A DNA stretch of 64,000 nt from Eledone cirrhosa. Its lineage: Eukaryota. Each line of letters opens with the position of its first letter. Within the stretch, counting starts at the first letter, position 1. The DNA lies in contig OZ024742.1 of assembly GCA_964016885.1 (NCBI GenBank), forward strand, positions 278,256,001 to 278,320,000. The letters are read 5' to 3'. Position numbers and translations under genes: made by a program. Shown here one piece after another: positions 1 through 13,669 of the stretch. The notes beneath the pieces were generated by a model. It had not been told where the DNA came from. It ran no database searches and was given only the letters and a program-made list of their open reading frames with translations.

Positions 1-314
1 CTAATTATTAAACATTTCTTAGCTAAAATATACCCAACGCATTCATATTATATTTACAATCAATAAATAACCTTATATATTATATTCTACTGTCGCCATA
101 AATATACATTATATATTCAAAATATCTTCTCTTTAACCTAATTACTTTATTAGTTTATTATTTTTACTGTGTCTTTGCTACACAGATATACACAACAGAA
201 CGCATTGGTTTCTAATCTAGTCTCAAGGCTAACAATTACCTTTTTTTTTTGAGGGGTGTAATTTTTGGAGGAAAGTGAAAGTCTATTAAATCGATCTATT
301 ATTTGACCAGCACA

Positions 315-515
315 GGGCGGTGGATTGGCAGTATCGGTAGAGGGTCGGGCGACATGCTTTTCAGCATAGAGTTATGGCCCTTTATGATCTGAGTTCAAAT
401 CCCGCCGAGGTCAACTTTGCCTTTCATCCTTACGGGGTCGATAAAATAAAGTACCAGTCACGCACTGGGGCGATTTAATCGACTTCTCTTCCCCCAAAAT
501 TGATGGCCTTGCGCC
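315..515 (+). mobile_element. tRNA-derived SINE, family A
   Basis: A-box-like TGGCAGTATCGG, B-box GAGTTCAAATCCC, then conserved GCCTTTCATCCTTACGGGGTCGATAAAATAAAGTACCAG. The same sequence recurs at least 8 times in the window. The central motif resembles the Meta/Sauria-type SINE domain (from memory, not searched). Confidence 0.85.
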
Positions 516-550
516 ATCAATTTTGGGGGAGGAGAAGTCGATTAAATCGA

Positions 551-1025
551 ACACCTCGCAAATCGGGGAGATCGGCACTTTACTGGAGGAATACGAAAGG
601 TTCAGAGGAGCGAAGCTGAACCGGGACAAATCCGTCGGTTTGCAGCTCGGAACGTGGAGAGGCAAACCGGATGCCTTCCGATGACGTCGTCGGACGCTGG
701 ACGGAAGGACCGGTAAAGCTGCTCGGGGTCTGGTTTGGTCCTGACCTCCAGGTGGAGAAGAACTGGAACGAGGTGACGGCCAAGGTGTTTGCGCTCACCC
801 AGAAGTGGGCTGAGTGCAAACTATCCTTGAAAGGTGGAGCGGAGGTGGCGAACACTTTTATAGCGTCCGTCATCTACTACCGCTTGACCGTTGTGTCCAG
901 CCAAAACACTCACCGAAATGGAGCGCGCGCTCTTCCAATTCCTTTGGAAGAAACGGGCTCTTTTGGTGAGAAGATCCATCTGCTGCCAACACCCTTCAAA
1001 TGGAGGGCTTGAGCTCTGCCGTCGG
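551..1025 (+). pseudogene. Internal RT-region fragment of a Tx1/L1-like LINE, frameshifted
   Basis: Translation VVGRWTEGPVKLLGVWFGPDLQ...KWAECKLSLKGGAEVANTFIASVIYYRLTVV...LVRRSICCQHP is clearly homologous to the ORF at 24055-24924. Confidence 0.85.
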
Positions 1026-1036
1026 GTCATACTTTT

Positions 1037-1071
<35 letters not shown>

Positions 1072-1420
1072 TGTAAGTATGTATGAATATATATGTGTGT
1101 GTATTCGTGCATGTACATATATACAGAAGCACTTCTGCTAAATAGGCTTCAGTAAACAGCCAGAATGAAATTATCTATCTCTTCATATATCGTAATGTTG
1201 GTTTCACCAACCAGATTCCAATATATTGCCACGAAACAACGTTATGTTTTATGTTCAGCTTTGGTAATGGAAACAGAATTATGCTTTCCACATTGAACAA
1301 AAATGTCTTCTTAGCTTATCTAATGTATGTTTTTATACGTTTTTCCTTTTTCGGTGCAATATCTCTAGAAGACACTAGCTATGATGCACTCCACTCATGT
1401 GTTTGTTAGGCATTTCCCAA

Positions 1421-1483
1421 TTAAAGGCCATTATCATTGACACTGGTACAGCTGCATATTTCTGAGAATGAATGTAACTGTCC
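1421..1483 (-). CDS. Candidate terminal exon E of a possible spliced host gene (GQLHSFSEICSCTSVNDNGL*)
   Basis: Unique sequence after a CAG acceptor with a weak pyrimidine tract; phase 0 is compatible with exon D. Chosen post hoc. Confidence 0.15.
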   Translation of the reverse strand, partial: GQLHSFSEICSCTSVNDNGL

Positions 1484-1507
1484 CTGGTGATATATATATA
1501 TAAATGT

Positions 1508-1598
<91 letters not shown>

Positions 1599-1744
1599 TG
1601 TGTGTGTGTCTGTGTGTGTGTGTGTATAAATATATATGTATATATATATAATATCTATTGCATTTATATATATGTGTGCATATTTATACACACACGCACA
1701 CACATATATATATATTTATGAAATACATATATAATATATGTTTG

Positions 1745-1785
<41 letters not shown>

Positions 1786-1800
1786 ACACATACACACACA

Positions 1801-1870
<70 letters not shown>

Positions 1871-2109
1871 TGCGCGTGTGTGTGTGAAAAGTAAACGGAA
1901 AAAAAAGAACAGACGATGATGTACATTGAAGATATATATTAGTTTCAGTTTCATATAGTACGAACAGTCTTAACGTTTCGAACGTTATTCCTGCATCAGA
2001 AGGATGAATGCGAAATAAATAGAACGATAGAGGAGAGTAAGCAAGGGAAGAACCGAATATATATCTAGAGATACTATTTTAGAGTAAATATTTTTTTACA
2101 TTCGGTAAA

Positions 2110-2435
2110 CTGTAGGAATCCTCCGTAGATTTTGACAATGAACATTCAGTTTTTCGATCAACTGAACGCCTAGCTCATCCATTAACGTGTATGTGACCAA
2201 GTATACCATAGACACGCGTACACTTAATATAATTCTCCTAGGAGAATGAGCATGTCACACTATAGGACTTATCTGGATCTTTGAACTACAAGTATTATCC
2301 ACTCGATGTCAACCTAATTTCAACACAATTATTGGGGCCACCGGAGTGTATGACAAAGATCCATAGTCAAGGTGATATGCAAAGGCATCGAACTCGGGAT
2401 CTCATGATAGTGAAGCAAGCTTCTTAACCATGCCA
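2110..2435 (-). mobile_element. Degenerate tRNA-derived SINE, family B
   Basis: Reverse strand has a TGGTTAAGAAGC...GAGTTCGATGCC head; the body resembles the copy at 32385-32700. Confidence 0.55.
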
Positions 2436-2837
2436 CACTTAGACACTGATTCTTTAAGTGTATACGTGTCTGTGGAAGTCTTAAAGATTTACACAACAAT
2501 TCAACAGTTCGAATTTCAGTTTATCAAACAGCTGAACAATCAGCGTCGAAACCGACGGCGTGTAAATCAGAGTTTATATAATATAAACAGGAATTATATA
2601 ATATAAATTATATGATATAGGCATCACAAATGGTATAATATAGATGTTATAACATGGATAACATAGTTTATATAGATAAATACTGATAATCTGAAATTTT
2701 GATCTTCACCTTTTCATTGGCATTGCATGAAAAGAGTTAGTTGTCCTCATTCTTTTCAAATATATATATATATATATATACATATACAATTTAAAAGTCT
2801 GTGAGTATGAATGGCTGTGCCTCTATTCATGTATGTA

Positions 2838-2878
<41 letters not shown>

Positions 2879-2879
<1 letters not shown>

Positions 2880-2945
2880 GATGTCTGCTTCCAAGTTGCA
2901 GAGGAAATTCCTTTGGATTCTTTTAAAGCAAATTTGTAACATTTT
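2879..2945 (-). CDS. Candidate exon D (KCYKFALKESKGISSATWKQTS)
   Basis: ttcatttccgccattcacAG acceptor, GTacac donor, 67 nt; phase matches exon C. Confidence 0.22.
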
Positions 2946-3251
2946 CTGTGAATGGCGGAAATGAAATCAGTTTCAATCTTTGTATGTGTGTGTGGATGGT
3001 GTATACATTTATGTGTGTCCGTTTTTGTGTATACACGAACGCACACACACACATGCACACACATATTCACAAACACACAGACACACACACATGTATAAGA
3101 GAGAGAGAGAAAGAGGAAGAGAGAGAGACGTATATACTTTCATGCATATATGTACATACATAGATTTGCATGGCATACATACACATATACATACATACTT
3201 ACATACATACATACACACATACATATATACATACACACACACACAAACACA

Positions 3252-3354
<103 letters not shown>

Positions 3355-3399
3355 GTATATAGATATAGATATATGCTGTAAAGACTGACTACGTTTTAC

Positions 3400-3431
3400 T
3401 TTGTATCAGAATGAATACATGAAAAGATGAA
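3400..3431 (-). CDS. Candidate exon C (FIFSCIHSDTK)
   Basis: Strong gttgttgttttttttcAG acceptor, GTaaaa donor, 32 nt. Confidence 0.25.
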
Positions 3432-3732
3432 CTGAAAAAAAACAACAACGAAAACTCCATTATTATCGACAACAAAATCTTTCTTAACATGCCTTGAAAG
3501 GAAACATGTGTGATAATGCATATGTATCCACCGTGAAGTTATGCAGTTTAAAAAATGTTCCTCAATCTTATGTTATATATAGAAGACTCTACTGTACTGA
3601 ATGTTTTGGCTGCGTTCATTTAAATTGTGTTAAAATAGAAGATAAAACGGCGTGAAAATGCAAGATACATGACAGAGTTACGATAGTGCGACATGCACAG
3701 ACACGTATATATATATATGCATGTATGTATGA

Positions 3733-3780
<48 letters not shown>

Positions 3781-3927
3781 TTATTTATTTATATAGAATA
3801 CTAGGAAAATTAGGCATAAATAACTATTCCGTATTCTTTCGTGATTTCGAATATATATATATATATATATATATAAGTCATACAGACACACGCACACATG
3901 CATCCATAGATGTGTATATACATGTAT

Positions 3928-3966
<39 letters not shown>

Positions 3967-3967
3967 A

Positions 3968-4143
3968 TTGCTTCTACTTTAGGCACAAGGCCAGCAATAC
4001 CCAGTGCATTACTGGTACTTTATTTTATCGACCCCATAAGGATGAAAGGCAAAGTCAACCTCGGCGGGTTTTGAACTCAGATCGTAAAGGGACGTAACTA
4101 TGCTGGAAAGCATGGCGTCCGACCCTCTACCGATACTGCCAAT
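3968..4143 (-). mobile_element. SINE family A
   Basis: Reverse complement of 315-515 (ctggtactttattttatcgacccc...ggatgaaaggcaaagtcaacctcggcggg). Confidence 0.85.
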
Positions 4144-4486
4144 AATACTAGGAATATTAGGCATATATATCAATTGCATATTCTTCGTAATTTCGTAATT
4201 ACGAATTACTCTATTTTCATAAACCAATCTATATATATTCCGATCTAGCTGTCGGAACGCCCGTCTGTGGTTTTTCTCACATTTGCGAGAAAAACCACAG
4301 ACCCTCCATCTCAACTCTACTTTTGAAAAGCAGAAGAACTGCGAAACCGGTAAAGGAACCAAATAAATATATATATTTTTTAAAAAATAATACTCCAGTT
4401 GCATTTTCGATTTCATCTTTTTTTCTTTATACTTTCACTCGTGTAGGACACCTCGGGTAGTTTTCATTTTGTAAAAAAAAACTCAC

Positions 4487-4539
<53 letters not shown>

Positions 4540-5029
4540 TATATACACATCTATGTATGCATGTGTGCGTGCGTGTGTGTGTGACATTTGCGATCTCATG
4601 ACACATCAGGTTTAAAGGTTAATAGTAATTTAACAGGGAGTTGTTTTTCTTATTATTTTTCTCTTTACATTGGATTCGGTTTCAATGCTTTGCGATTCCA
4701 GCTTATTGACGAGATTCCATTAATAGAGAGGATTGATGATCATAATATAATTTGAACAACAATGTTTAATGAGAATGTCAATGATTTAATGAGAATATCA
4801 ATAGTATAGAAAAGACAATGTAAGGACTAATATGGTATGATTTGGTATGGTATGAACATGTAACTCCTGGCGGGAGTCATAGGGGCACCATATTGACATA
4901 CACCGTTTGTAGGATATTTTTAAAACCTGGTGGAGCCAATCTCCTCTCCTGGCCAACATTCAGTAGATTTCTTCCAGAGAAGGATAAAGAATGAGAGAAA
5001 GGAAGTGAGAAAGAGATATAGAAGAAGAA

Positions 5030-5187
5030 TCGACCCCAGTACTTTATTGGTACTTTTTTGATCAACATAAATGGATGAAAAGCAAAATTGACCTCGGCGG
5101 GATTTGAACTCAGGGAGCAGAGAGCCCAAATGAATGCTACAAAGCATTCTATCCGACCTTCTAATGGCTCTGCCAATTTGCCGCCTC
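5030..5187 (-). mobile_element. SINE family A, diverged
   Basis: ggatgaaaagcaaaattgacctcggcggatttgaactcag motif, ending in ctgccaatttgccgcc. Confidence 0.75.
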
Positions 5188-5477
5188 ATAAGCTCAAATA
5201 TACAGTAAAAGAAATAAGACTATTAATGTTTTACTAGTATTACCAATTTTCCTGGCGGGTACATTTGACAATTCCATATAAGTTTCATTCTTATGAGGCT
5301 TATCAGCGGAATACAGATACACCAAGTCTTAAATCTTGCTAGGCAAATGTAACAAATATATTGCCTATACATGGTGTTAAAAGTAGTTTATGAGAGAGAG
5401 ATAGTTATAGAATTTTAAAGAAATAGAACGAAAGTGATGTTCGAACAAGTATCCTTCACTTCCAACTAATTTACCCC

Positions 5478-6040
5478 CTACCTCTGGGACCCGGCCGATA
5501 GAATGGAGAATATATTGCCCCGGGAGACGGCAAGGGAGACGCGCTGGAGCAGCCACTCCACCTCGCAGGGCACGCAAGTACGGGCGACCAACTCCGCTCC
5601 AATAGCAGCGAGTAGGGTTGTGGTGTGGGGCACATGGACGCCGGAAGTCTCCACTGCTCCAGGTTCAACCAAAATCCAATCTGAGAGTGGCCGATACTTG
5701 GACAATCAGCCCTCTTTGGCTTCGTGAACAGCAGAGCATGGGCTAGTAGCCAAACGCACTAGGTTGCCATTTGAGTAAGTTTGACAGCATGTGGCAACCC
5801 AGATGAGGGGCTCTCCGTAGATTGAGAAGATTGTGATGCTGTCTATCCTTTTTCCGTCTCCTCTCTCCAATCCCGCGGACTCGAGGTGGGAAGGGAACCC
5901 TGCGACGTCCAGGCCATCCTTTATGATCTCGTTGAGAGCAAAATGGCGTCAGAGACATCCAGGACTGTGACTGCATGACAGAGGATGGAGAGCGCAGCGG
6001 CATCTGTGAGGTTCACAGATGTGGACGGCGAGCCTCTGGT
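5478..6040 (-). pseudogene. 3' fragment of a CRE-like non-LTR retrotransposon (zinc knuckle plus restriction-like endonuclease)
   Basis: Manual translation: QRLAVHICEPHRCRCALHPLSC...RHFALNEIIKDGLDVAGFPSHLESAGLERGDGKRIDSITIF...LIWVATC...SKYRPL...AVETSG...WLLQRVSLAVSRGN. This matches the CRE C-terminal pattern (RH.ALN, DGKRPD, ET.G, QR.S.A..RGN) and contains two stops. Confidence 0.8.
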
Positions 6041-6099
6041 GTTATTAGACTGTTGTTGGTAATTAACTGTTGAGTGTGCTCATGTTGGTTACCACGATA

Positions 6100-6270
6100 T
6101 AAGGCAGGGCAATTACATTGACACTAGTGCTTCTTTTATCGACTGCCTGATACATATTTTATCGATATCGGCATCGGAAAGGTGAAAGGTAAAGTAGACC
6201 TCGGCAGGAAAGGAATACACAACATAAGGAGCTTCACATTATACAAGGCATTTGGTCTAACGGCCTATCG
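6100..6270 (-). mobile_element. SINE family A, degenerate
   Basis: ttttatcga...ggtgaaaggtaaagtagacctcggcagg motif. Confidence 0.55.
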
Positions 6271-6646
6271 ATTTGATCTCATCATAGTCTGAATATTCGT
6301 AAAAAGATGATACTGTTCTATAGGTTTATATACATAGGAAGAGTGATGGGGATGCGGAGAAAAATAGAGAAATACAGAAAGAGTGAGAGAGAGAAAAAAG
6401 AGAGAGGGGAGAAAGAGTAAGAGAGTAGGATAGAGAGAGGAAAGAAAGACAGGGAGATGTGAAGAGAGAGGGGGAGGGGGAGAAAGACAAAACCAGAGAG
6501 AGAAAGAAGAGAGAAAGACTGAGCTGTGAAAAGACAAGTGAGTTAGCGTGACTATAGAAAAACACATGTAGAGAAATGTGAATATCATGTGTGTTATTGT
6601 GTTGAGATACACAGTTACTATATTCAATACAATAGTTGACCATCAC

Positions 6647-6715
6647 CTCTCCATGCCGAAGGAGAGGAACGATACGCTCAAAGTAGGCATTCAGTGTAAT
6701 ACAAGATGTCATTTG
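6647..6715 (-). CDS. Candidate exon B (QMTSCITLNAYFERIVPLLRHGE)
   Basis: ctttttgtttatcAG acceptor, GAG|GTgatg donor, 69 nt; only phase 0 is open. Confidence 0.28.
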
Positions 6716-7340
6716 CTGATAAACAAAAAGATAACAGCCTTCATTCACCTCTCTATTTCTTTCTACACCTACACTCTATCTATATCTTTGTCATTCTCCC
6801 CGCCTATTTTGCTCTCCCTTTCAACATCATGCTACGGTCTCTATTTTTTTTCTCTAATCTTCTAGTGCACTGTGCTATCTATCTGTCTGTAATTCACTAT
6901 CTCTTCCTTTAATCAAAATGGCGAATCTTTACTAGTTCTGCTTTTGCGCGGACAAGTTTTATCGGCTTTGGGATCAAAAGTGTATTTTCTACTCGATAGA
7001 GAGAAACAATATATAAAATTAAATTAAGGCAGATTGCCGAATAGAAAAATCGGAATCACATGATAATAATATATATAATAAAAAAAAAATCAACGCCTCC
7101 AGCACCATCATCAAAAGCATCAATACTATGAGCAATAATAACTACAATAACTAAAACAATATCTAAAGTAAGATAACAACAAGGATAAGAATAAGGGTAA
7201 TGATGGTGTTTATTGATGATGATGATGATAATAATAATAACAAGGAAAAATGACAAATTAAAAAATCATAACATAAATAACAGTTTCCACCATAAACTAC
7301 ATGATGAATAATAAAAACAATGAAAACAATAGACAAAGAA

Positions 7341-7405
<65 letters not shown>

Positions 7406-7484
7406 GAAGCAAAATATATATACAAAAATAATTTTTAAACATGAATAAATAGGCAAAGAGGAAGTCGAAATCATTTATACACTC

Positions 7485-7839
<355 letters not shown>

Positions 7840-8161
7840 TCCATATAGAAAGAAAAATAACAAATGAATATATTAAAGAAAACGTGTAAGGAGTTTAGGT
7901 TAGATCGAAATAAAATGATAAGAAGGTTTGACTGAATGGGTGGGTGTCAGAATGGCAGAATGGAAGACTGAGGGACATAGAAAATATGAGAGAGAAAGAG
8001 AGGCAGATGGACAGAGAAAGAGAGGGAGAGAGAAAGTGTTGAAGAGATAGAAATTGGAAAATAAATATAAGTATATATATTATATATATATTATATATAT
8101 ATATTATATATATATATTATATATATATATATATATATGTACAAATATATAAATCTTTCTG

Positions 8162-8241
<80 letters not shown>

Positions 8242-8857
8242 TAAGGCCTTGTATTTTGCATTGTTTTGTTTATATATATATATATATAAATGAAAGGTAT
8301 ATATATATATATGAGTGCATAAATCATATCTCTGCTTAGCGGATATGTAGGCAGATGCAGACAAAGAGATATTCATTGATAGACAGGCTGACAGACACAC
8401 ACAGCTATGGATAGAGTGGTAGAGAGGAAGACCTTGTGTGTGTGTGTATTTCAATGTATAGATAGATCGATCTATAAGCAGACATATGATTAGATAGATG
8501 ATAGAGAAAGACCTTAAGAGATTGATAGATAAACAAAATTAGAGACATGTGATTGATAGAAAAAACAGGGAGCTAGAAAAAGACGTTGAGGGGAAAAAGT
8601 TAATACATACACAAATACATAAATACATAAATACATAAATACACGCATATTCATGTAAATATACACAAATATATGCACCTGACACACACAAACACACGCA
8701 CGCACACACACATATATATATGTATGTGTGTGTGTGTGTGTGTGTGTGCGTGTGTCTGTGTGTGTCAGGTGCATATGTGTGTATGTATACATGTATATCT
8801 ATACATAATTCTTATATATATGTCGATATCTATCTATTTATATCTATCTATATGTAA

Positions 8858-8920
<63 letters not shown>

Positions 8921-9945
8921 CATATATATATACATATATATATATGTATATATATATACATAGAAAGAGAGAGATGGAGGGAGGGAGGGAGGGAGAGAGA
9001 GAGAGGGAGAGAGTGAGAGAGAGCTATGCAAGCCTTCACCAATCTCTATCCATTTGCCAAGATTATTATATTTACCGTTCCATCGAAACAAATCTTGCTT
9101 GTTCTTCCGTTTTGTTAATCGCTCTAACTTAATGTAACTTAATGTAGAAGAATAGAATACATACACACACATTCAGACACACAAACTCACACACGCAAAC
9201 ACACGTAAATACACAAAGATAAACATAGACACACACCTATATAAACATTTTCTGCTGCAAATATATACACACATTAAGATTAATACATTATATATATAAA
9301 AATGCGTACAATCTATACTTTCGTAAGCATAGAAAATATACACAAATGAGTACTTTATTTACACACTATTTATACGTATTTTCACAAAGGTATATCAAAT
9401 ACACATAGATACATAAATGTACTCATGCATGTATATATACATATATCATAAGAATTTATCGTTATCATCGTTGCCAAAAAGAAACACGAGTCTATAAATC
9501 TGGAATGGGCTGATTAACACTCAATGTTAAAGGGAAATAACTCCCTATATCAGAGCTCTAACTATTAATTCGATTTTGAAGAAGCTTTGTACACAATCTA
9601 TAGACAAACTGGTGAAATCAGTCAGAGTATAACAAGAAATATCCAGAGAAAAATCAGTTCTGATGCACATAGCTATATATGTGGCAAAATACTTAAAACA
9701 CATTTACATCTATTGCACGAGCAAGCTAATCAGATGGCCTTCATTTGCAGATATCACCCTTTTGAAGTGTTACTATTTGGCAGACTGTATGTGCGTGGCT
9801 GGTACAGCTACAGAAATTTGTCAGTTAATGTCATCACGAGGCTGTTTAGTCTACTAGCAATTTCTATACGCATAACACAACTTGAAAGGTCTCGAACCTC
9901 GGCGCCTAAGTTGGCTGAAAGTAAAAATTAGTAGTGTACATATAA

Positions 9946-10165
9946 TGATTTCTAGTATAGGCACAAGGCCAGTAATTAATGGGGGAAGGGGAAAGTCGAT
10001 TAAATTGACCCCAGTGCGTTACTGGTGCTTTATTTTATCGAGCCCCTAAAGATGAAAGGCAAAGTTAACCTCGGCGGGATTTGAACTCAGACCCTAAAGA
10101 GAAGTAACTCTATGCTTCAAAGCATGGTGTCTGACTCTCTACCGATACTGCAAACCCATCGCCCT
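9946..10165 (-). mobile_element. SINE family A, near full length
   Basis: Reverse complement of 315-515 including head and tail. Confidence 0.85.
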
Positions 10166-10409
10166 AGTAGCGTAGTGTACATATAATAGCAATCTATTGT
10201 TGTACGTAGCTAACAATTTAGTCTGGGGTGAAATATAAAGCAGTGAAATATATCGTATGCACAGTTCAATAATATTTATTCGGTGTTGATTCTTTATAAC
10301 TATTCAGAGTTTCTCGATACCCATCGTCAGGCGACTGAATAACCGGAGTAGCTTATATAAGCTTGTAGTGAGAGTTAGCCGTGAGAGGTATGCAGAGAAT
10401 CGATATATA

Positions 10410-10494
10410 CAAGGTGTTCCCACAACATACTTTGATTACCTGTACAGGAAATATTTATTACAATGCTGTTGAAGTGTGTATACATTTTTGGGAC

Positions 10495-10500
<6 letters not shown>
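10410..10500. mobile_element. Tc1/mariner-type MITE (~90 bp)
   Basis: Imperfect TIRs TA|CAAGGTGTTCCCACAA and TTTTGGGACACCCTA|TA, flanked by TA. Confidence 0.55.
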
Positions 10501-10544
<44 letters not shown>

Positions 10545-10639
10545 GAATTTCTCCTGTATATTCTCCTGTATATCCTGATCATTAGACATTCTTGACTGAA
10601 ATGTGAAGATACAGGAAAAACTCCTAAATAATAGACTAT

Positions 10640-12680
10640 GGCCTCAAGCATAATAAAGCTAGTAATATCCGCTCTGGTAATGAGTAAACCTTCTCAAGAA
10701 TGTATGAACGGATACAACATTTATTAATAGCAATATTTACAGCGTACTGAAAATGTCCATAAAAACAAATAAATAAGGGAAGCGTGTAAAAATCAAAATC
10801 AAAATAGTTTGAATTATTTTCTCGCAAGATTTGAAACTGACTGCTATTGTCGAGGACACCAAATACGAAATATATTGGTTAAAAAATGTATTAGATATTC
10901 TGTGACAACCGTTTCTACAATATGTATGAAGTTTTATTCGCGATGAGATGATATACGCAACAATTTACCAGAAAGAGTAAATCACACAACATTTATTGTT
11001 TCGTTCAATGTGGTTAGTTTATACACTTATATCCTAAACAATTATCGAATAGAAGCTATTCAGTATCAGCTTAACTCATACGAAATGACGTACTGAACCG
11101 TATAGAAACGTTGTTCGCTATCAACAGTAATAGATTTATTCAACGAAGCAAATATTTTATGTTCGATGAATGTACATACAGTCAAATATGGGGAACAGCT
11201 ATGGGTACTAAAGTAGCACCAACATACACCAGTCTAGTTAGGGGATACTACGGAAAAAATACCTAAAGTGTCACACCAATTTTTTGGGGCCAATGTTTAC
11301 GCCTCAGGTGGAGACTTCTGGTGTCCTTGGCCTTAGGGCCACCTCCCAACTCAACACCATTAGCACAGCGTTGGCTACCCGCAGGTGTGAGCTTTGCGAG
11401 CAGGAATGGCTCTTTCAACGCGTCTCCCTCACCATTCTCCGGGGAAACGTCTTCTCTATTCTGTTCACCGGGACCGATAGTGAGAGATGGGGAGAGCGGG
11501 AAGACGGAGGCAGTGACAGTGGAGGTTTGGTTCCTTTGTGTTCGGACCTGGTGTATATGTATATGTTTCGCAGACAATTACTATGATATTGAAATGAATT
11601 GCGTAACGTTCTAGTGGTTACAATCCTATATTCATGTGGGAGTGTATGAGTCTTTTAACGTTAAAACCCAAAGAAAATTGTAAATGGTTTCTTAAATTAC
11701 TTTCAGCTTATGGAATGAAACAAGATAAAATGGAGAATTAAAAATATTTTAAACAACATAAATACATAATATTTAATTCACAATAAAATTTAGCAAGAAA
11801 AAACTCCTATTTTTAAATAATGATAAATATAATAGATGGAGGGATTGAAACGGAGATCTATTATAGACCCAATGATACAAAACAATATTTAACAAATACG
11901 TCCTCTCATTCTAAACATACCCGAACACATTCATTTTATTTTTTCCAATCCAACAATAAGAAACCAAAAGCTAGTACAATAACAAAATATCTTAATCTTC
12001 GGAAAATTTATTCCGTTTAGTGAAAAAGGGAATGGAAAAAGTGACAAATATAAATACCGAAGAGTTACGGACGGTAAAAATTAGATCAAAAGGGAACTCA
12101 TTTCCATTTATATCAGCATACATAAATATATTCATATAAAAATACTTATTTTGTATAGCGATTAAAAATTGAAAAAATCTTGGAGAGTCAAATCATAAAG
12201 AATAACTTACAATAAAAAAAAAATTGAAAGGAGAACTGACAAGTGCAAAAATTCATAAACTGACTCCTAATTCATGAGTAACAAAATGTGTCAGATTTAA
12301 TTGAGGAAAAATTTAATATATGCCAGAAGGTTCGGAATTAAATTCGAAGACGAACAAACATTTACACTTAAAAACAGCTTCACATAGTTATCTGGTAAAC
12401 TTGTTTATGCTTTAATATGCTTTGGATGTGGAGGAAATAAAATTGGATAAAGACCGAAAATAATTTACGGGAATAGATGAGAGTCCGCTGACTACAAATC
12501 CGAAATCTAAATACTAGAATGAGTCTAGTGAGTGAACATATTCAGAGATCAGGCGGACGAAATTTTCCCAACTTTAAAATATTTCCCAACTTATCAATTT
12601 TGATATGACATTACTAAATAACATAAAGAATAAACGAAGGAAAATTCTAATTAACAAATATAATTTAGGCTTAAATATTC
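10640..12680 (+). pseudogene. Decayed Penelope-like element (RT plus C-terminal GIY-YIG endonuclease)
   Basis: Motifs in broken frames: SFNVVSLYTYI (~11000), YSQIWGTAMGTKVAPTYTSL (~11180), ETEIYYRPNDTKQYL...SSH (~11850), LVYALICFGCGG.KIG (~12400), VSEHI...FKIFP, LINKYNLGLN. Confidence 0.8.
11303..11550 (+). pseudogene. CRE-like 3' end fragment nested in the PLE
   Basis: VETSGVLG...WLFQRVSLTILRGNVFSIL, homologous to 5478-5705; GC-richer than the surrounding PLE. Confidence 0.7.
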
Positions 12681-13093
12681 TACCACAAACTCACGTACCG
12701 AATAACGCGACTACTGCTATAATGCTTACATTCAAAATTAACTATCAGCGTGGTACGGAGAAAACCGAAGATGAGATGACATTTATTTACAGCTTCGACT
12801 TATGATTAGCTACATGCAGAAAACTGGTTAAATTTCATAAACTGATAAACCGTAATTAATATTTAACAATATTATTATAAACTGTATAGAAGATTTGACA
12901 TTTGATATTGCTATCAACTGTGAAACATAAAGTGTATTACTTGTTTAATAATATTTCAAACTGATTAACTGTATCATACTAGATATAGAATTTGAATGTA
13001 TTTTCGTCTTTTTTCTTTCACTCCCCTCTCTCTCTATCTATCATATGTATATCTGTATCTATATTTATATATATATATATATACTCACACACA

Positions 13094-13158
<65 letters not shown>

Positions 13159-13669
13159 GGTGTTTGCTCTAACATAGTTGTATACATATAAGTATGCATA
13201 TTTTATATAATTAGCAATATACGGTATGTTTACGAATACACATTTTGAAAGCTTTCAATTCTGAATTTGGAAACTGATGACGTAGCACCATCTAGCGAAT
13301 TCCAGCAAAAGCAAAGGGTGGGTAACTGTCGACGATGAAGTCGTTTCTGACCCTGGTCGTTATCAAGTCAGTGATCCTTCCCTTGCTCTTTGCTGGAACT
13401 CAATATAGGTGAAAATATTTAGTTTTGACACATATATTCATGGGCTAATTAGGCTCATTTGCATATATAGCTAATAGCTGGCTCGTCCGGAAAATAGAAT
13501 TAAGGTGTTTGTTCTAGCAGAAACCTAGAGGGTGAATGTACGAGCGCATATGTGACAGCGGAGGAGGTAGGGTTGACATTTGGTAAGAGCATAGAAGTAC
13601 GGGAGCGTATGTGTGCGAGATTAATGTAACTGGGGAGAGGAGTTGAGTCCATTAGGGAGTCTAGAACCA

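Noticed and set aside
10300-10345. Hammerhead-like CTGACGA...GAAAC on the minus strand
   Set aside because: Stem II and the cleavage triplet do not form properly.
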